Assembly: GCA_039630575.1 (NCBI GenBank)
Contig: JBCNUW010000002.1
Location: 76,668-140,667 of the forward strand
Reading direction: 5' to 3'
Length of the DNA stretch: 64,000 nt
Source: Candidatus Hydrothermales bacterium
GTDB lineage: Bacteria > Hydrothermota > Hydrothermia > Hydrothermales > JAJRUZ01
The translations under genes were made by a program, and so were the position numbers. Under the pieces are notes generated by a model that was given only the letters and a program-made list of their open reading frames with translations, was not told the origin of the DNA and made no database searches. Shown one piece after another: positions 1 to 9,486 of the stretch; within the stretch, counting starts at the first letter, position 1, and every line of letters begins with the position of its first letter.

Positions 1-186
1 CTCATATTTAGGAGAAACAGAATCTGCTTTCCATTTAATTATTTCTTCTAAAGGAATATTATTTTTTTCTAATAATTCCTTTACTTTTTCACTGTATTTT
101 TTCAACCTCTTTTGCATTTCTTTGGGAGTTTTATATACTACAGGTGGCATAAACCCTTTTCTGTGAGCTATCTTAATCCTTATCAT
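1..186 (-). CDS. Hypothetical protein, partial; the N-terminal ~62 aa are visible and the gene runs off the left edge of the window
   Basis: ATG is the reverse complement of 184-186. The minus-strand reading frame is open to position 1 (MIRIKIAHRKGFMPPVVYKTPKEMQKRLKKYSEKVKELLEKNNIPLEEIIKWK...). It is co-directional with the McrB-like gene 136 nt upstream. No recognisable motif. Confidence 0.3.
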   Translation of the reverse strand, partial: MIRIKIAHRKGFMPPVVYKTPKEMQKRLKKYSEKVKELLEKNNIPLEEIIKWKADSVSPKYE

Positions 187-322
187 TTTTACCTCTTTTT
201 AGTTGAGTTTTTAAACTCTCTTCCTTTGCGGTAAAAATAAAATGTTATAAATATAACCATAAAGCAATATTCTATAGATTGTCAAAATTATTTAAATTAT
301 TTCCTTATTTACCTCTTTTCAA

Positions 323-2383
323 TCACAAATAACTCGCATAGCCATCGGTATAAAGTTTATAAAGCATTTCTAAAACCTTTCTGGCTGTATGGGGAAATTT
401 AAATTGTATTTTTTCCTTGTGTTGCTTTTCATATTTTTCTAAAAATTCATTTATGCCTAAAACATGATTTTTTTCTGTAATTTCCTTTATTTTTTTAATA
501 TTTTCTTCTTTTATTTCCTTTGTCTCTGGCTCCATACACCAATACAGCACCTTTAAAAGTGGTTCTTCAAGTTTTGCTCTATTTCCATGGAATTTGGGAA
601 GAACTTTCATTAAAATGGCAAGGTCAATTATTTCTTCGTCATTTTCAAAGGAGATTATACTTTCTTTCTTAGCTTCTATCGCATTTTTATAAAACAAAGC
701 AATTTCGTCAATAACACGATAGGCAAAATGAAGACCATAAGGTTCAAGGATTTGAGATAAATTTTTTAAATTTTCAAAATAAGGGAACGCTTCTATCGCT
801 TCTTTTATCCTATTTTTATCTGGATATGCCTTTAAAAATTTACCATTTAGTATAAAGTCGTCTTTAATTTTTTTGCTAATTTCCGTTATTGATTCCTTTT
901 CTTCTTTTTCCAAATTTTCTTTATATTTATCAAAATCAACTTCTTTGAATTCAATCGTGAATGCTCTATCTAAAACTTTTGGAGAAAACATAAAGGTTGT
1001 TTCATCAATATTTACGGTTCCAATAAAGTATAAATTTGGTGGAAGTTTTAAATCTATTATATTTTCTTTTGTGTTATAGCCTGCCTGTTCTAAGAGTTCA
1101 AATAGTTTCTTTTGTACTTCTTTTTGTTTATCAATATCTTTACCTGAAATTTGGATCTTAATTCCTTCTTTTGTAAAGCCATCTTCATCTCTTCCACTTT
1201 CAAGAACACTTAAAAATTCAGCAAAATAATATTCAACTCTTGCAAGGTTCATTTCGTCAAGGATTACAAAATATGGTAAAGCTTTATCTTTGTTTTCTTT
1301 ATAATCTATAATTGCCTCCAAAATAAATCTTAAGAACTGTGTCGGCTCTTCAAATCTATTCATAATTGGATTATAATACCCAAGCAATGATTTTGAATCT
1401 TTCCAATCAGGTCGGACGGAGAGGAAGAAAGATTTATTACCAAATATTTCAACAAAAATCTGTGCCATTTTAGTTTTTCCTATTCCAGATAATCCAGCAA
1501 GGATAACAAATCCTTTTGTTTTTAAGGCAGTGTAAAAAGAAGAGATTTGATTATTTTGAAAAAGGAATTTTTTACAACTAAAATATTCTTTTAATATGCT
1601 ATTCCCCATTTTATGGTGATTTTTATTTAAATTTAATTCTTTAAACACATTTTCAATTGTCCTCAGTATTCTTTCTATTTCCTCTTTTTCTTCTTCCCTT
1701 GTTATTGTTTTAAAAAGAGCTTTATGCTTTTCAATTGCTTTTCTCAAAATTTTATTAACATTTTCATTATCTATGTATATGAAAGTTTGTTTAACGGATA
1801 TTTGTTGCTTTTCTTCTTTTTTAGTTTTTGAATATACATCTTTAAAGTCATCTTCATCTAAAAATCCACCATAATGATAAAATCTTATCGCGTTTTCTTT
1901 TTTGCATTTCACACACAAAGGGATAGTTTTTACATTCTTTTTTTTCAATTCCGAAAGCCACTCCTTTTCTACTTTTTCAATTTCAATTTCTATCGGTTTT
2001 ATAAATTGGGGTTCGTACATAAACCCCACAATCCATTTTCTTTTTTCACCCATATTGAATTTTTCTCTTTCTATTTTAGGTACACCTCCTTGGACAATCC
2101 AAAAGAGAATTTTTACTTCTTCTTGAGGTTGTTTCCCTATTAAATGTTGAGCAAAGCTATATCTAAATCCATCTATCTCTAAGGAAGACGCGAAATTCCA
2201 ACTTTCAAAAGGAATAGGGGGTTCATATCCTGAGTATCCAAATCCGCCTGCTGTCCTTTCTGCCTCCTTTTTCAGTTCATCATAGTTATCAGGAAAACCT
2301 TCCCATAATTTTTCACCACACCAGGCTATTCGTACTACTATTCCCGCCTTTTCCTGCTTATTATTTTTCATCTTATCTTTCAT
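323..2383 (-). CDS. McrB-family AAA+ GTPase-like protein with a ~290-aa N-terminal region of unknown fold (type IV restriction-like)
   Basis: Walker A GLSGIGKT. Walker B and McrB-like segments YFVILDEMNLARVEYYFAEFLSVLE and NLYFIGTVNIDETT...SPKVLDRAF parallel McrB DEINRAN... / IIGTMNTADRS...D.ALRRRF. Start reassigned to the internal Met at 2383, which has AGGAGG 5 nt upstream; the ORF-track start at 2422 overlaps the upstream gene by 50 nt. Confidence 0.65.
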   Translation of the reverse strand: MKDKMKNNKQEKAGIVVRIAWCGEKLWEGFPDNYDELKKEAERTAGGFGYSGYEPPIPFESWNFASSLEIDGFRYSFAQHLIGKQPQEEVKILFWIVQGGVPKIEREKFNMGEKRKWIVGFMYEPQFIKPIEIEIEKVEKEWLSELKKKNVKTIPLCVKCKKENAIRFYHYGGFLDEDDFKDVYSKTKKEEKQQISVKQTFIYIDNENVNKILRKAIEKHKALFKTITREEEKEEIERILRTIENVFKELNLNKNHHKMGNSILKEYFSCKKFLFQNNQISSFYTALKTKGFVILAGLSGIGKTKMAQIFVEIFGNKSFFLSVRPDWKDSKSLLGYYNPIMNRFEEPTQFLRFILEAIIDYKENKDKALPYFVILDEMNLARVEYYFAEFLSVLESGRDEDGFTKEGIKIQISGKDIDKQKEVQKKLFELLEQAGYNTKENIIDLKLPPNLYFIGTVNIDETTFMFSPKVLDRAFTIEFKEVDFDKYKENLEKEEKESITEISKKIKDDFILNGKFLKAYPDKNRIKEAIEAFPYFENLKNLSQILEPYGLHFAYRVIDEIALFYKNAIEAKKESIISFENDEEIIDLAILMKVLPKFHGNRAKLEEPLLKVLYWCMEPETKEIKEENIKKIKEITEKNHVLGINEFLEKYEKQHKEKIQFKFPHTARKVLEMLYKLYTDGYASYL

Positions 2384-4001
2384 TTTTTCCTCCTTTTTCT
2401 GGCAGCATTTTACACCATCCAATTCCTTTTATATTATTTTTTAAAATTTCTTCTACATATTCCTTCAAATTTTGGAATTTTTTATTTTCTCCATTTTCTT
2501 TATAAAAATTGCTTTCTTTACCTGGATATAATATTATACATGCCTTTGTTTTTAAAGCATCTTTATAGGCATACATTTTAATTATGTTCCCGGTTTTTGG
2601 AAACTCTCCCTCTTTTTCTGCCTCTTCATACTCGTCTTTTTCATCTCTTTCTATTTGATATTCAAAAGCGAATTTAGCATCAAGAATTAATAGTAGATTT
2701 TTATTTTTATATATTGAAAAATCTGGTCTTAAAGGTAGGGTAGAATAACTTAAGGTGGTATATTGAGATTCTAGTTCGTATTCTTCTCCATTTAAGTCAA
2801 ATTTAAAATTAAGTCTAAAATTTTCTGGAATCTTTTTTTGAGGAATTATTTTAATTTCTTTCGCATTCAAAAGATTGCATAACTCCAAAGCGCACCAAAA
2901 CTCATAAAGTTCATAGACTTTTCTCAAATTTATTGCTTCCTCAATCCTTTCAAACGGTTTACTTGCAAAAAGATATTTTAAATAAAGAGTAAATAATTCT
3001 CTATAACCATCTCTCATCCTTAAAACTGTTGAAGTTTGAGGAAATATATAAAGTTCTCCAACTTCTTCCCATAACGGGTCTTTTAAAAAATCATCAATTA
3101 ACCCCTTTATTTCAATAATTTCTTTAAAGGTTTCCTTTTCAATTTTTGTAAATAAATTTTCAATATCTTGTGAAAGAATTTTAAGGAAATATAAAATGAA
3201 CCTATTTTCAGAATTATCAAGAGATTCATATTTTAAAGGTGATAAAACTTTTATTGGTGCATAATATTTTCCTTCAACTTCAAAACCGTAGCTTTCTGTT
3301 TGGTAAAGAAATTGTGGATTTGTTAAAATATTATAGATTGTGTCTGCATCAATTTCAGAAACTTTATTTATTTCAACAAATTCTTTTTCTTCTTTTAAAA
3401 TTCTATAGGGGTTTGCCCTTATTAAATTTAAAGCACTTTTAAGTTCTTCTTTATTATTTTTTAAAAAGAAAAATGTAAAAAGCGGAGTAGAATGTCTTGA
3501 AGAAATATAAGACGAGGGAGCAAAAGTAGGTGAGATTATATCAAATGGTAAAGCTGCAATATGCTCCCATATTGAAGAAACAATATTCTTATAAAATTTT
3601 GGGTAAAAAAGAGGGTCTTGTTCCTCTGTTTTTAATTTTTTAGAAATAACTTCAACAGGAATTGAAATTTTTTCACTATTTTTCTTTAAAATAATCTCCG
3701 ATTTTCCAATATAGTTTTTAAAAGGACAGTCTTTCGTTTTTGTTATTTTATTATTATTTTTATCTCTTACTATTTCAGTATTTCCAAATTTATCTAATTC
3801 CCATCCATTACTACTTTCAAACTCATAAATCCATAAGTTAGAAAATTTAGGATAATTTTTTAAATTAACTAATTCAATTTTACCTTTTAAAGTCCCGAGT
3901 ATTTCCCCTTTTTTCTCAATCTCTATTTCATTCTTAACTCCTTCTTTTCTTTTAAATTTGAAATCATTAAATTCAATCTCCTTTATATTAATTTCCCCCA
4001 T
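2373..4001 (-). CDS. McrC-like / DUF2357-like PD-(D/E)xK nuclease partner of the McrB-like GTPase
   Basis: Motif LRPDFSIYKNKNLLLILDAKFAF has the same PD...(14 aa)...D-A-K spacing as the E. coli McrC RPDIVI...VLDTKWK core. A downstream MYAYKDAL segment is also present. The gene overlaps the McrB-like gene on the same strand. Confidence 0.55.
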   Translation of the reverse strand: MGEINIKEIEFNDFKFKRKEGVKNEIEIEKKGEILGTLKGKIELVNLKNYPKFSNLWIYEFESSNGWELDKFGNTEIVRDKNNNKITKTKDCPFKNYIGKSEIILKKNSEKISIPVEVISKKLKTEEQDPLFYPKFYKNIVSSIWEHIAALPFDIISPTFAPSSYISSRHSTPLFTFFFLKNNKEELKSALNLIRANPYRILKEEKEFVEINKVSEIDADTIYNILTNPQFLYQTESYGFEVEGKYYAPIKVLSPLKYESLDNSENRFILYFLKILSQDIENLFTKIEKETFKEIIEIKGLIDDFLKDPLWEEVGELYIFPQTSTVLRMRDGYRELFTLYLKYLFASKPFERIEEAINLRKVYELYEFWCALELCNLLNAKEIKIIPQKKIPENFRLNFKFDLNGEEYELESQYTTLSYSTLPLRPDFSIYKNKNLLLILDAKFAFEYQIERDEKDEYEEAEKEGEFPKTGNIIKMYAYKDALKTKACIILYPGKESNFYKENGENKKFQNLKEYVEEILKNNIKGIGWCKMLPEKGGKNER

Positions 4002-4057
4002 TTAAATAAAATTAGATAGGAGAAAAAATTAAAAAAACAATTATATTTCAAACCTTT

Positions 4058-6784
4058 TTAACTTCTTCCTTCTATCTTCTCAATTCTTACTGCGCATGCC
4101 TTAAATTCAGGAATCCTTGCTACTGGATCTAAGATAGGATTTGTTAATATATTTGCATTTGTCTCTTTAAAATGAAAAGATATAAAAACAACTCCTTTTT
4201 TTGGTCTATCAGAAACTCTTGCATTTATTTCTATACTCCCTCTTCTACTTTTTACCCTTATAAGTTCCCCATCCTTTATATTCAATCTTTCAGCATCCTC
4301 TCTTGATATTTCTACATAATTTTTTGGTACAAAGGATTCAAGCGTTTTCACTCTTTTAGTTTCACTTCTTCCATGATAATGATAAAGAATTCTTCCTGTT
4401 GTTAGGATAAACGGATATTCTTCACAGGGCAATTCTTCTGACTCTATATATTCCACAGGGCTAAATATTGCTTTACCACTTGGTGTTTTAAATTTACCTC
4501 CCTCATAAAGTATTTCAGTTCCAGGATGATTTTCTGAAGGACAGGGCCATTGAATTCCGCCTCTTTCAAGTCTTTTATAGGTAATCCCTGCATAGGAAGG
4601 TGCAACCCTTCTTATCTCTTCCATAATTTCAAGAGGATTTTTATATTCCATTTTGTATCCCATTGCTTTGGCAATTAAAGATAAAATTTCCCAATCGTAT
4701 TTTGTTCCTTCTGGTTTTTCCCTTGCAGGTCTTATTAGTTGAACTCTTCTTTCAGTATTTGTAAATGTTCCATCCTTTTCATAAGCAGATGCAGCGGGAA
4801 GTATTACATGAGCAAGTTCTGCTGTCTCTGAAAGAAATATTTCCTGAACTACAATAAATTCAAGTTTTTTCAAAGCTTTTTCTAAAGTATTTAAATCTGG
4901 ATGTGTCATTAAAGGATTCCCACCCATAACATACATAGCTTTAATTTTTCCTTTTGAAATATAATGAGTAAGTTCTGAAACAAATATTCCAGGACTTGTA
5001 GGTAATTTAACATTCCATTCTTTTTCAAATTTCTCTATAACTAACTGATCTGTTATTCTTTGATTGCCAGGTAAATAAGTAGGTAGAGCTCCCATATCAC
5101 AGGCACCTTGAACATTTGCCTGTCCCCGCAGTGGCATAATTCCATTACCCTTACTTCCTATATGTCCTGTTAAAAGTGTAAGGTTTGCAATACTTAAAAC
5201 AGCATCTGTTCCTGTTGCATGCTGTGTTATTCCCATTGTATAGAAAATCATTGCTTTTTCAGCACTTCCATAGATTTCTGCTGCTTTTTCTATTAAATCT
5301 TTATCAACACCAGTAATTTTTGAAACAAGCTCAAGATCATACTTTGGAATAACTTTTAAGAATTCTTCAAAACCTTCTGTATTTTCTTCTATAAATTTTT
5401 TATTTACATATCCTTTATCTATTATCACTTTCATTATTCCATTTAAAAGTGCTACATCTGTTCCCGGATAATGTTGGATGTATATATCTGCATATTCAGC
5501 AAGGTTTATTCTTCTTGGGTCACATACAATAAGTTTTGCTCCATCCTTTTTATGCTTTTTAACTAATTGGGCAATAACAGGATGTGTTTCTGTCATATTT
5601 GAGCCTATCACAAACATAACCTCTGTATTTTTAATATCTTCAATAGGGTTTGTTGCAGCACCTGCACCGAGCACTTTACTAAGGGCAGCAACACTTGGTG
5701 CATGACATAATCTCGCACAGTTATCAATATTATTTGTTCCAATTACTGCACGAGCAAATTTCTGTAAAACATAATTATCTTCATTTGTGCATCTTGAAGA
5801 ACTAAGGAATGTTATTGAATCAGGACCATATCTTTCCTTAATTTCCTTTAATCTTTTTGCAACATAATTTATAGCCTCTTCCCATTCTATCTCTTTAAAA
5901 ATTCCATTTTCTTTTATAAGTGGCTTTGTTAATCTTTCGTTACTATTTGCATATTCAAATCCGTATCTACCTTTAACACAGAGCCTACCTTTATTAACTG
6001 GTGAATCTTCTTTTCCTTTAGCCATAACAATATTATTATTTTCATCAGTATAAAGAATAACTTCGCATCCCACACCGCAATAAGCACAAACTGTTTCTGT
6101 TTTTTTAAAGTGAAAAATTTTCCCTTTTCTTATCCTTGTTTTTTCAATTAAAGCACCTGTTGGGCAAGCTTGAACACATATCCCACAGAACTCGCACTCA
6201 GTATCTTCAATTGGTAATTCAAAAGGTGTATTTATTTTAGTTTTATAACCTCTACCTACAACGCTTATGGTATTAACTACCGCCATATTCTTACAAGCAT
6301 TTATGCACCTTCTACATAGGATACATTTTTCAGGATAAAATTTTATGAATGAATTTATCTCCCATGCTTTTGTTTCTTTATAAAAGATTTTTACTTTTTC
6401 AAAAAATCTACTATTTGAAATACTATATTTATAAGCAAGATCCTGTAAAAGGCAATCACCATCAGCCTCACAGGTTATACATTCGGGTAAATGGATTGAC
6501 AAAATAAATTCAAGGTTCATTTTTCTTACTTTATGAATTTTTTCACTATCTGTAATTATTTCCATTCCATCTTTTATTTCAGTTATACAGGCTCTTTGGA
6601 GACTTTTAAATCCTTTTATTTCAACAACACATATTCCACAACTTCCTTCTTCTGAAATTTCTTTTAAAAAGCAGAGTGTAGGAATAAAAATCCCTATTTT
6701 TTTACAAGCATCTACTATTTTTATGCCTTGAGGAAAAAGATATTCTTTACCATTTATCTTTACATTTATATATTTTTCATTCAT
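4058..6784 (-). CDS. fdhA: Formate dehydrogenase alpha subunit, molybdopterin-dependent, Cys-type (FdhA/FdsA-like)
   Basis: N-terminal 2Fe-2S (CGICVVEI). Several 4Fe-4S motifs (CITCEADGDC, CILCRRCINAC, CEFCGICVQACP). CAYCGVGC start of the molybdopterin oxidoreductase domain. RLCVKGRYGF at the Sec/Cys active-site position with no in-frame TGA. C-terminal molybdopterin dinucleotide-binding domain. 908 aa. Confidence 0.8.
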   Translation of the reverse strand: MNEKYINVKINGKEYLFPQGIKIVDACKKIGIFIPTLCFLKEISEEGSCGICVVEIKGFKSLQRACITEIKDGMEIITDSEKIHKVRKMNLEFILSIHLPECITCEADGDCLLQDLAYKYSISNSRFFEKVKIFYKETKAWEINSFIKFYPEKCILCRRCINACKNMAVVNTISVVGRGYKTKINTPFELPIEDTECEFCGICVQACPTGALIEKTRIRKGKIFHFKKTETVCAYCGVGCEVILYTDENNNIVMAKGKEDSPVNKGRLCVKGRYGFEYANSNERLTKPLIKENGIFKEIEWEEAINYVAKRLKEIKERYGPDSITFLSSSRCTNEDNYVLQKFARAVIGTNNIDNCARLCHAPSVAALSKVLGAGAATNPIEDIKNTEVMFVIGSNMTETHPVIAQLVKKHKKDGAKLIVCDPRRINLAEYADIYIQHYPGTDVALLNGIMKVIIDKGYVNKKFIEENTEGFEEFLKVIPKYDLELVSKITGVDKDLIEKAAEIYGSAEKAMIFYTMGITQHATGTDAVLSIANLTLLTGHIGSKGNGIMPLRGQANVQGACDMGALPTYLPGNQRITDQLVIEKFEKEWNVKLPTSPGIFVSELTHYISKGKIKAMYVMGGNPLMTHPDLNTLEKALKKLEFIVVQEIFLSETAELAHVILPAASAYEKDGTFTNTERRVQLIRPAREKPEGTKYDWEILSLIAKAMGYKMEYKNPLEIMEEIRRVAPSYAGITYKRLERGGIQWPCPSENHPGTEILYEGGKFKTPSGKAIFSPVEYIESEELPCEEYPFILTTGRILYHYHGRSETKRVKTLESFVPKNYVEISREDAERLNIKDGELIRVKSRRGSIEINARVSDRPKKGVVFISFHFKETNANILTNPILDPVARIPEFKACAVRIEKIEGRS

Positions 6785-8459
6785 GTTTTAAAGGGCATTT
6801 ATTTTCTTTTATATGAAATTCCCATTCTTCTTTAAATTCTTTAATAATATCTTTGATTACTTTTAAAGAGTTTTGACCAAGAGGGCAAAATGAAGAAAGT
6901 TCCATAGTTTCTGCTATTTCAAATAATATGTTAATGTCTTTTCTTTTCCCTTTTATTATATTTTTTATGATTTTTGACGCCTCATAAGTCCCAATTAAGC
7001 AAGGGATACACTTACCACAACTTTCCTCCATAAAAAATTCAATTATGTTCTCTGAAATACAAACTGAACACCTTTTATCATTTATTGCAATTATTGCTCC
7101 TGAACCAAAGGAAAGATTGGCTCTTGATAAAGATTCATAATCCATTTTTATATTAAGATAGGATGGTAATAAAAGATTTCCGGAAAGTCCACCAAGAATT
7201 AAAAATTTTAAATTTCCATCTTTTATACCACCTCCAATTTCTTTTATCACATACTCAAGAGAAGTTCCAAAAGGAATTTCACAAACTCCTTTAAAGTTTA
7301 AATCCCCTGAAAGACTTAATAGTATGCTTCCGTGATTTTTGTAAAAATCTGCTCCTTTTAAAATAATAATAGGTATATTTGCAAAGGTCTCAACATTGTT
7401 TATAAGAGTTGGTTTTCCAAAGAGTCCTTTTTCTGATGGATAGGGAGGTTTTCTTCTTGGTTCACCTCTTTTACCTTCTATTGACTCCATCAAAGCTGTT
7501 TCCTCTCCACATACATAACTTCCTCCACCTTTTATAATTTCAATATCAAAAGAAAAGTTGCTTCCATAGATATTTTTACCGAGAAATCCCTTTTCTTTTG
7601 CTTCATCTATTGCATTTTTTAATATTTTTAAACCACTCTCATATTCTCCTCTAATATAAATAAATCCTTTCTCTGCATCAACTGCATATCCTGCAATTAT
7701 CATCCCTTCAATAACTGAATGAGGATCATTTTCAATTAAAACTCTATCCTTAAATGTTCCAGGTTCTCCCTCATCGGCATTACATATAACAAATTTTGGT
7801 CTCTCTTTTTCCTTTTTTACAAATTCCCATTTTAATCCTGTTTTAAACCCTGCACCTCCTCTTCCTCTTAAATCTGCTTTTTTTATCTCTTCTATTATAG
7901 TTTCTCCTTCTCTTTTTAATGCTATTTCAAGTGCTTTATAACCTTCTCTTTTTAAATAATCTTCAATACTCAAAGGATTTATTTCGTAAACATTTCTTAA
8001 AATAAGTTTTCCATAAGGAGCAGAGATTGGAATCTTCAAAGGCATAGGCTCTTTTTCCTTAAATTCTTTAATTAAATAAGGTATTTTTTCACAAGTTACT
8101 TTTGGTATAAGAACATCATTTATCATAATTGAAGGAGAAAGAGAGCAGGCGCCTAAACAACTTGTGTATTCAAGGGTAAATTCGCCATCAGGTGTTGTGT
8201 TGCCAATTTCAATTTTAAGTAACTCCTTTAATTTTGAAATTATTTTATCCTTTCCTTCTAAGTGGCAGGAAAGGCTTTTACATACTCTTATAATATTTTT
8301 TCCTTTTGGTTTTGTATGAAATAAACTGTAGAAAGATAAAAACTCATAAAGGCTTGCTAATTTTTCTTTCCTTTCTTTTGCTATGATTTTTGCTTTTTCT
8401 TTTTCTACATATCCTTTTTCTTCATGAATTCTATTTATTAAAAATTTATTATCATCCAT
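6777..8459 (-). CDS. NuoE-NuoF fusion (24 kDa + 51 kDa NADH dehydrogenase-like subunit; FdsG/FdsB-like diaphorase)
   Basis: N-terminal thioredoxin-like 2Fe-2S segment (RVCKSLSCHLEG...CLGACSLSP). RGGAGFKTGLKW FMN/NADH site. C-terminal CGKCIPC 4Fe-4S. Overlaps fdhA by 8 nt. Confidence 0.8.
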   Translation of the reverse strand: MDDNKFLINRIHEEKGYVEKEKAKIIAKERKEKLASLYEFLSFYSLFHTKPKGKNIIRVCKSLSCHLEGKDKIISKLKELLKIEIGNTTPDGEFTLEYTSCLGACSLSPSIMINDVLIPKVTCEKIPYLIKEFKEKEPMPLKIPISAPYGKLILRNVYEINPLSIEDYLKREGYKALEIALKREGETIIEEIKKADLRGRGGAGFKTGLKWEFVKKEKERPKFVICNADEGEPGTFKDRVLIENDPHSVIEGMIIAGYAVDAEKGFIYIRGEYESGLKILKNAIDEAKEKGFLGKNIYGSNFSFDIEIIKGGGSYVCGEETALMESIEGKRGEPRRKPPYPSEKGLFGKPTLINNVETFANIPIIILKGADFYKNHGSILLSLSGDLNFKGVCEIPFGTSLEYVIKEIGGGIKDGNLKFLILGGLSGNLLLPSYLNIKMDYESLSRANLSFGSGAIIAINDKRCSVCISENIIEFFMEESCGKCIPCLIGTYEASKIIKNIIKGKRKDINILFEIAETMELSSFCPLGQNSLKVIKDIIKEFKEEWEFHIKENKCPLKHE

Positions 8460-9040
8460 GAGATTAGAAAGATTAAAATTGAAAAAATAAGTCCGAATTT
8501 TTTGTAAAACAAATTCACCTTTTTAATTTCTTTTGATAAAAAGTAATTATATAGAATTATTGCGAGGTTAAAAGTTATAAGTGAAAGCAAAAAAGCAATA
8601 CTTCCATTCACAAAGACATAATGAGTAATACCTGAAATCCCCCTTTTTACCCATCCTGAAACTTTTAAAATATATACTGCTGTAAGGGCAAACCCTAAAA
8701 AGCTAAAATAGGTTGAAAATAGAGGAATTAAAATACCTCTTAAATAAGGAATTAATGAGAATCCTATTTCAAAGAAAAGGGCTTCTATCATAACAGCAAC
8801 AAATTGGCAAAAGAATATTTTTGAATGAAGAAATTTAAAAGATAAAGCAATTAAACCAGTTATAATAGATATTCCCTTTTTATCATAAATCTTTCTTGAT
8901 AGAGTAAGAATTAAAATTCCATAGGCAAAAACAAAAGGAGATTTCATATTTACATTTAAAATTTTTAAAAGTTCCCATATCAAAACTTCTCCTATTCCCC
9001 ATAGAGAACCTGCCAGGAGAGAAACACTGATAAAATTCAT
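8438..9040 (-). CDS. Polytopic membrane protein, function unknown, first gene of the FDH cluster
   Basis: 200 aa, about 6 hydrophobic segments. Overlaps the nuoEF-like gene by 22 nt on the same strand. Confidence 0.45.
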   Translation of the reverse strand: MNFISVSLLAGSLWGIGEVLIWELLKILNVNMKSPFVFAYGILILTLSRKIYDKKGISIITGLIALSFKFLHSKIFFCQFVAVMIEALFFEIGFSLIPYLRGILIPLFSTYFSFLGFALTAVYILKVSGWVKRGISGITHYVFVNGSIAFLLSLITFNLAIILYNYFLSKEIKKVNLFYKKFGLIFSILIFLISWMIINF

Positions 9041-9127
9041 AGAAAAATTATAAAGAAAAAAAAGAAAAAATTAAAAATTTTGTATTTGAAACATGATTCC
9101 TAAAAAAAATTTGATTATAATATAAAT

Positions 9128-9475
9128 ATGGAATTTGCTTTAACATTTTTAGGTTTTGTCGCAGCTCTTTTAGGGATACTTCTTACATACATATGGAGAG
9201 CAAACGGAAAGATACAAAAGAGTATAATGGACAGCGTGAGGGAAATTATGGGGGCTGTAAAAGAAGTTGCCAATATGCAGAAGATATCTACTGAAATGCA
9301 TAAAACATCTATTGAGATGCATAAACAATCAATTGAGATGCACAAAACATCTATTGAGATGCAGAAGGCTGCGATGGAGATCCTTGAAAGAATTGAAAGG
9401 GGACAGGAAAGGATTGCTGAAATGTTACTTAATCAAACAAAAATTCTTGAGAGGATAGAAGGTAAGATCAAATAG
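9128..9475 (+). CDS. Small membrane-anchored coiled-coil protein with heptad repeats (MHKTSIE)x3-5
   Basis: N-terminal TM helix (ALTFLGFVAALLGILLTYIW), then EMHKTSIEMHKQSIEMHKTSIEMQK encoded by 21-nt tandem repeats at about 9286-9357. A TATAAT box at 9116-9121 lies immediately before the ATG, so the mRNA is possibly leaderless. Confidence 0.5.
   Translation: MEFALTFLGFVAALLGILLTYIWRANGKIQKSIMDSVREIMGAVKEVANMQKISTEMHKTSIEMHKQSIEMHKTSIEMQKAAMEILERIERGQERIAEMLLNQTKILERIEGKIK
9265..9369 (+). repeat. 21-bp tandem repeat (about 5 imperfect copies) inside the small coiled-coil ORF
   Basis: The 5-nt core ATGCA recurs at 9286, 9307, 9328 and 9349 with period 21, encoding a 7-aa heptad. Confidence 0.7.
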
Positions 9476-9486
9476 ATTTATAGTAA

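Noticed and set aside
191-225. Weak AT-rich hairpin (GAGTTT-ttaa-AAACTC) downstream of the McrB-like gene as a terminator
   Set aside because: 6-bp all-A/T stem not followed by a U-tract on the relevant transcript. Too weak to call.
873-2143. Plus-strand ORFs 873..1079, 1874..2143 and 1902..2126 inside the McrB-like gene
   Set aside because: Antisense to a long, motif-rich CDS. Low-complexity F/S-rich translations typical of reverse frames in AT-rich DNA.
9115-9345. 76-aa minus-strand ORF antisense to the repeat-containing small gene
   Set aside because: Its Cys/Ile-rich sequence simply mirrors the 21-bp repeats. It has no start context, and the plus-strand ORF has a TM + coiled-coil architecture and a promoter.
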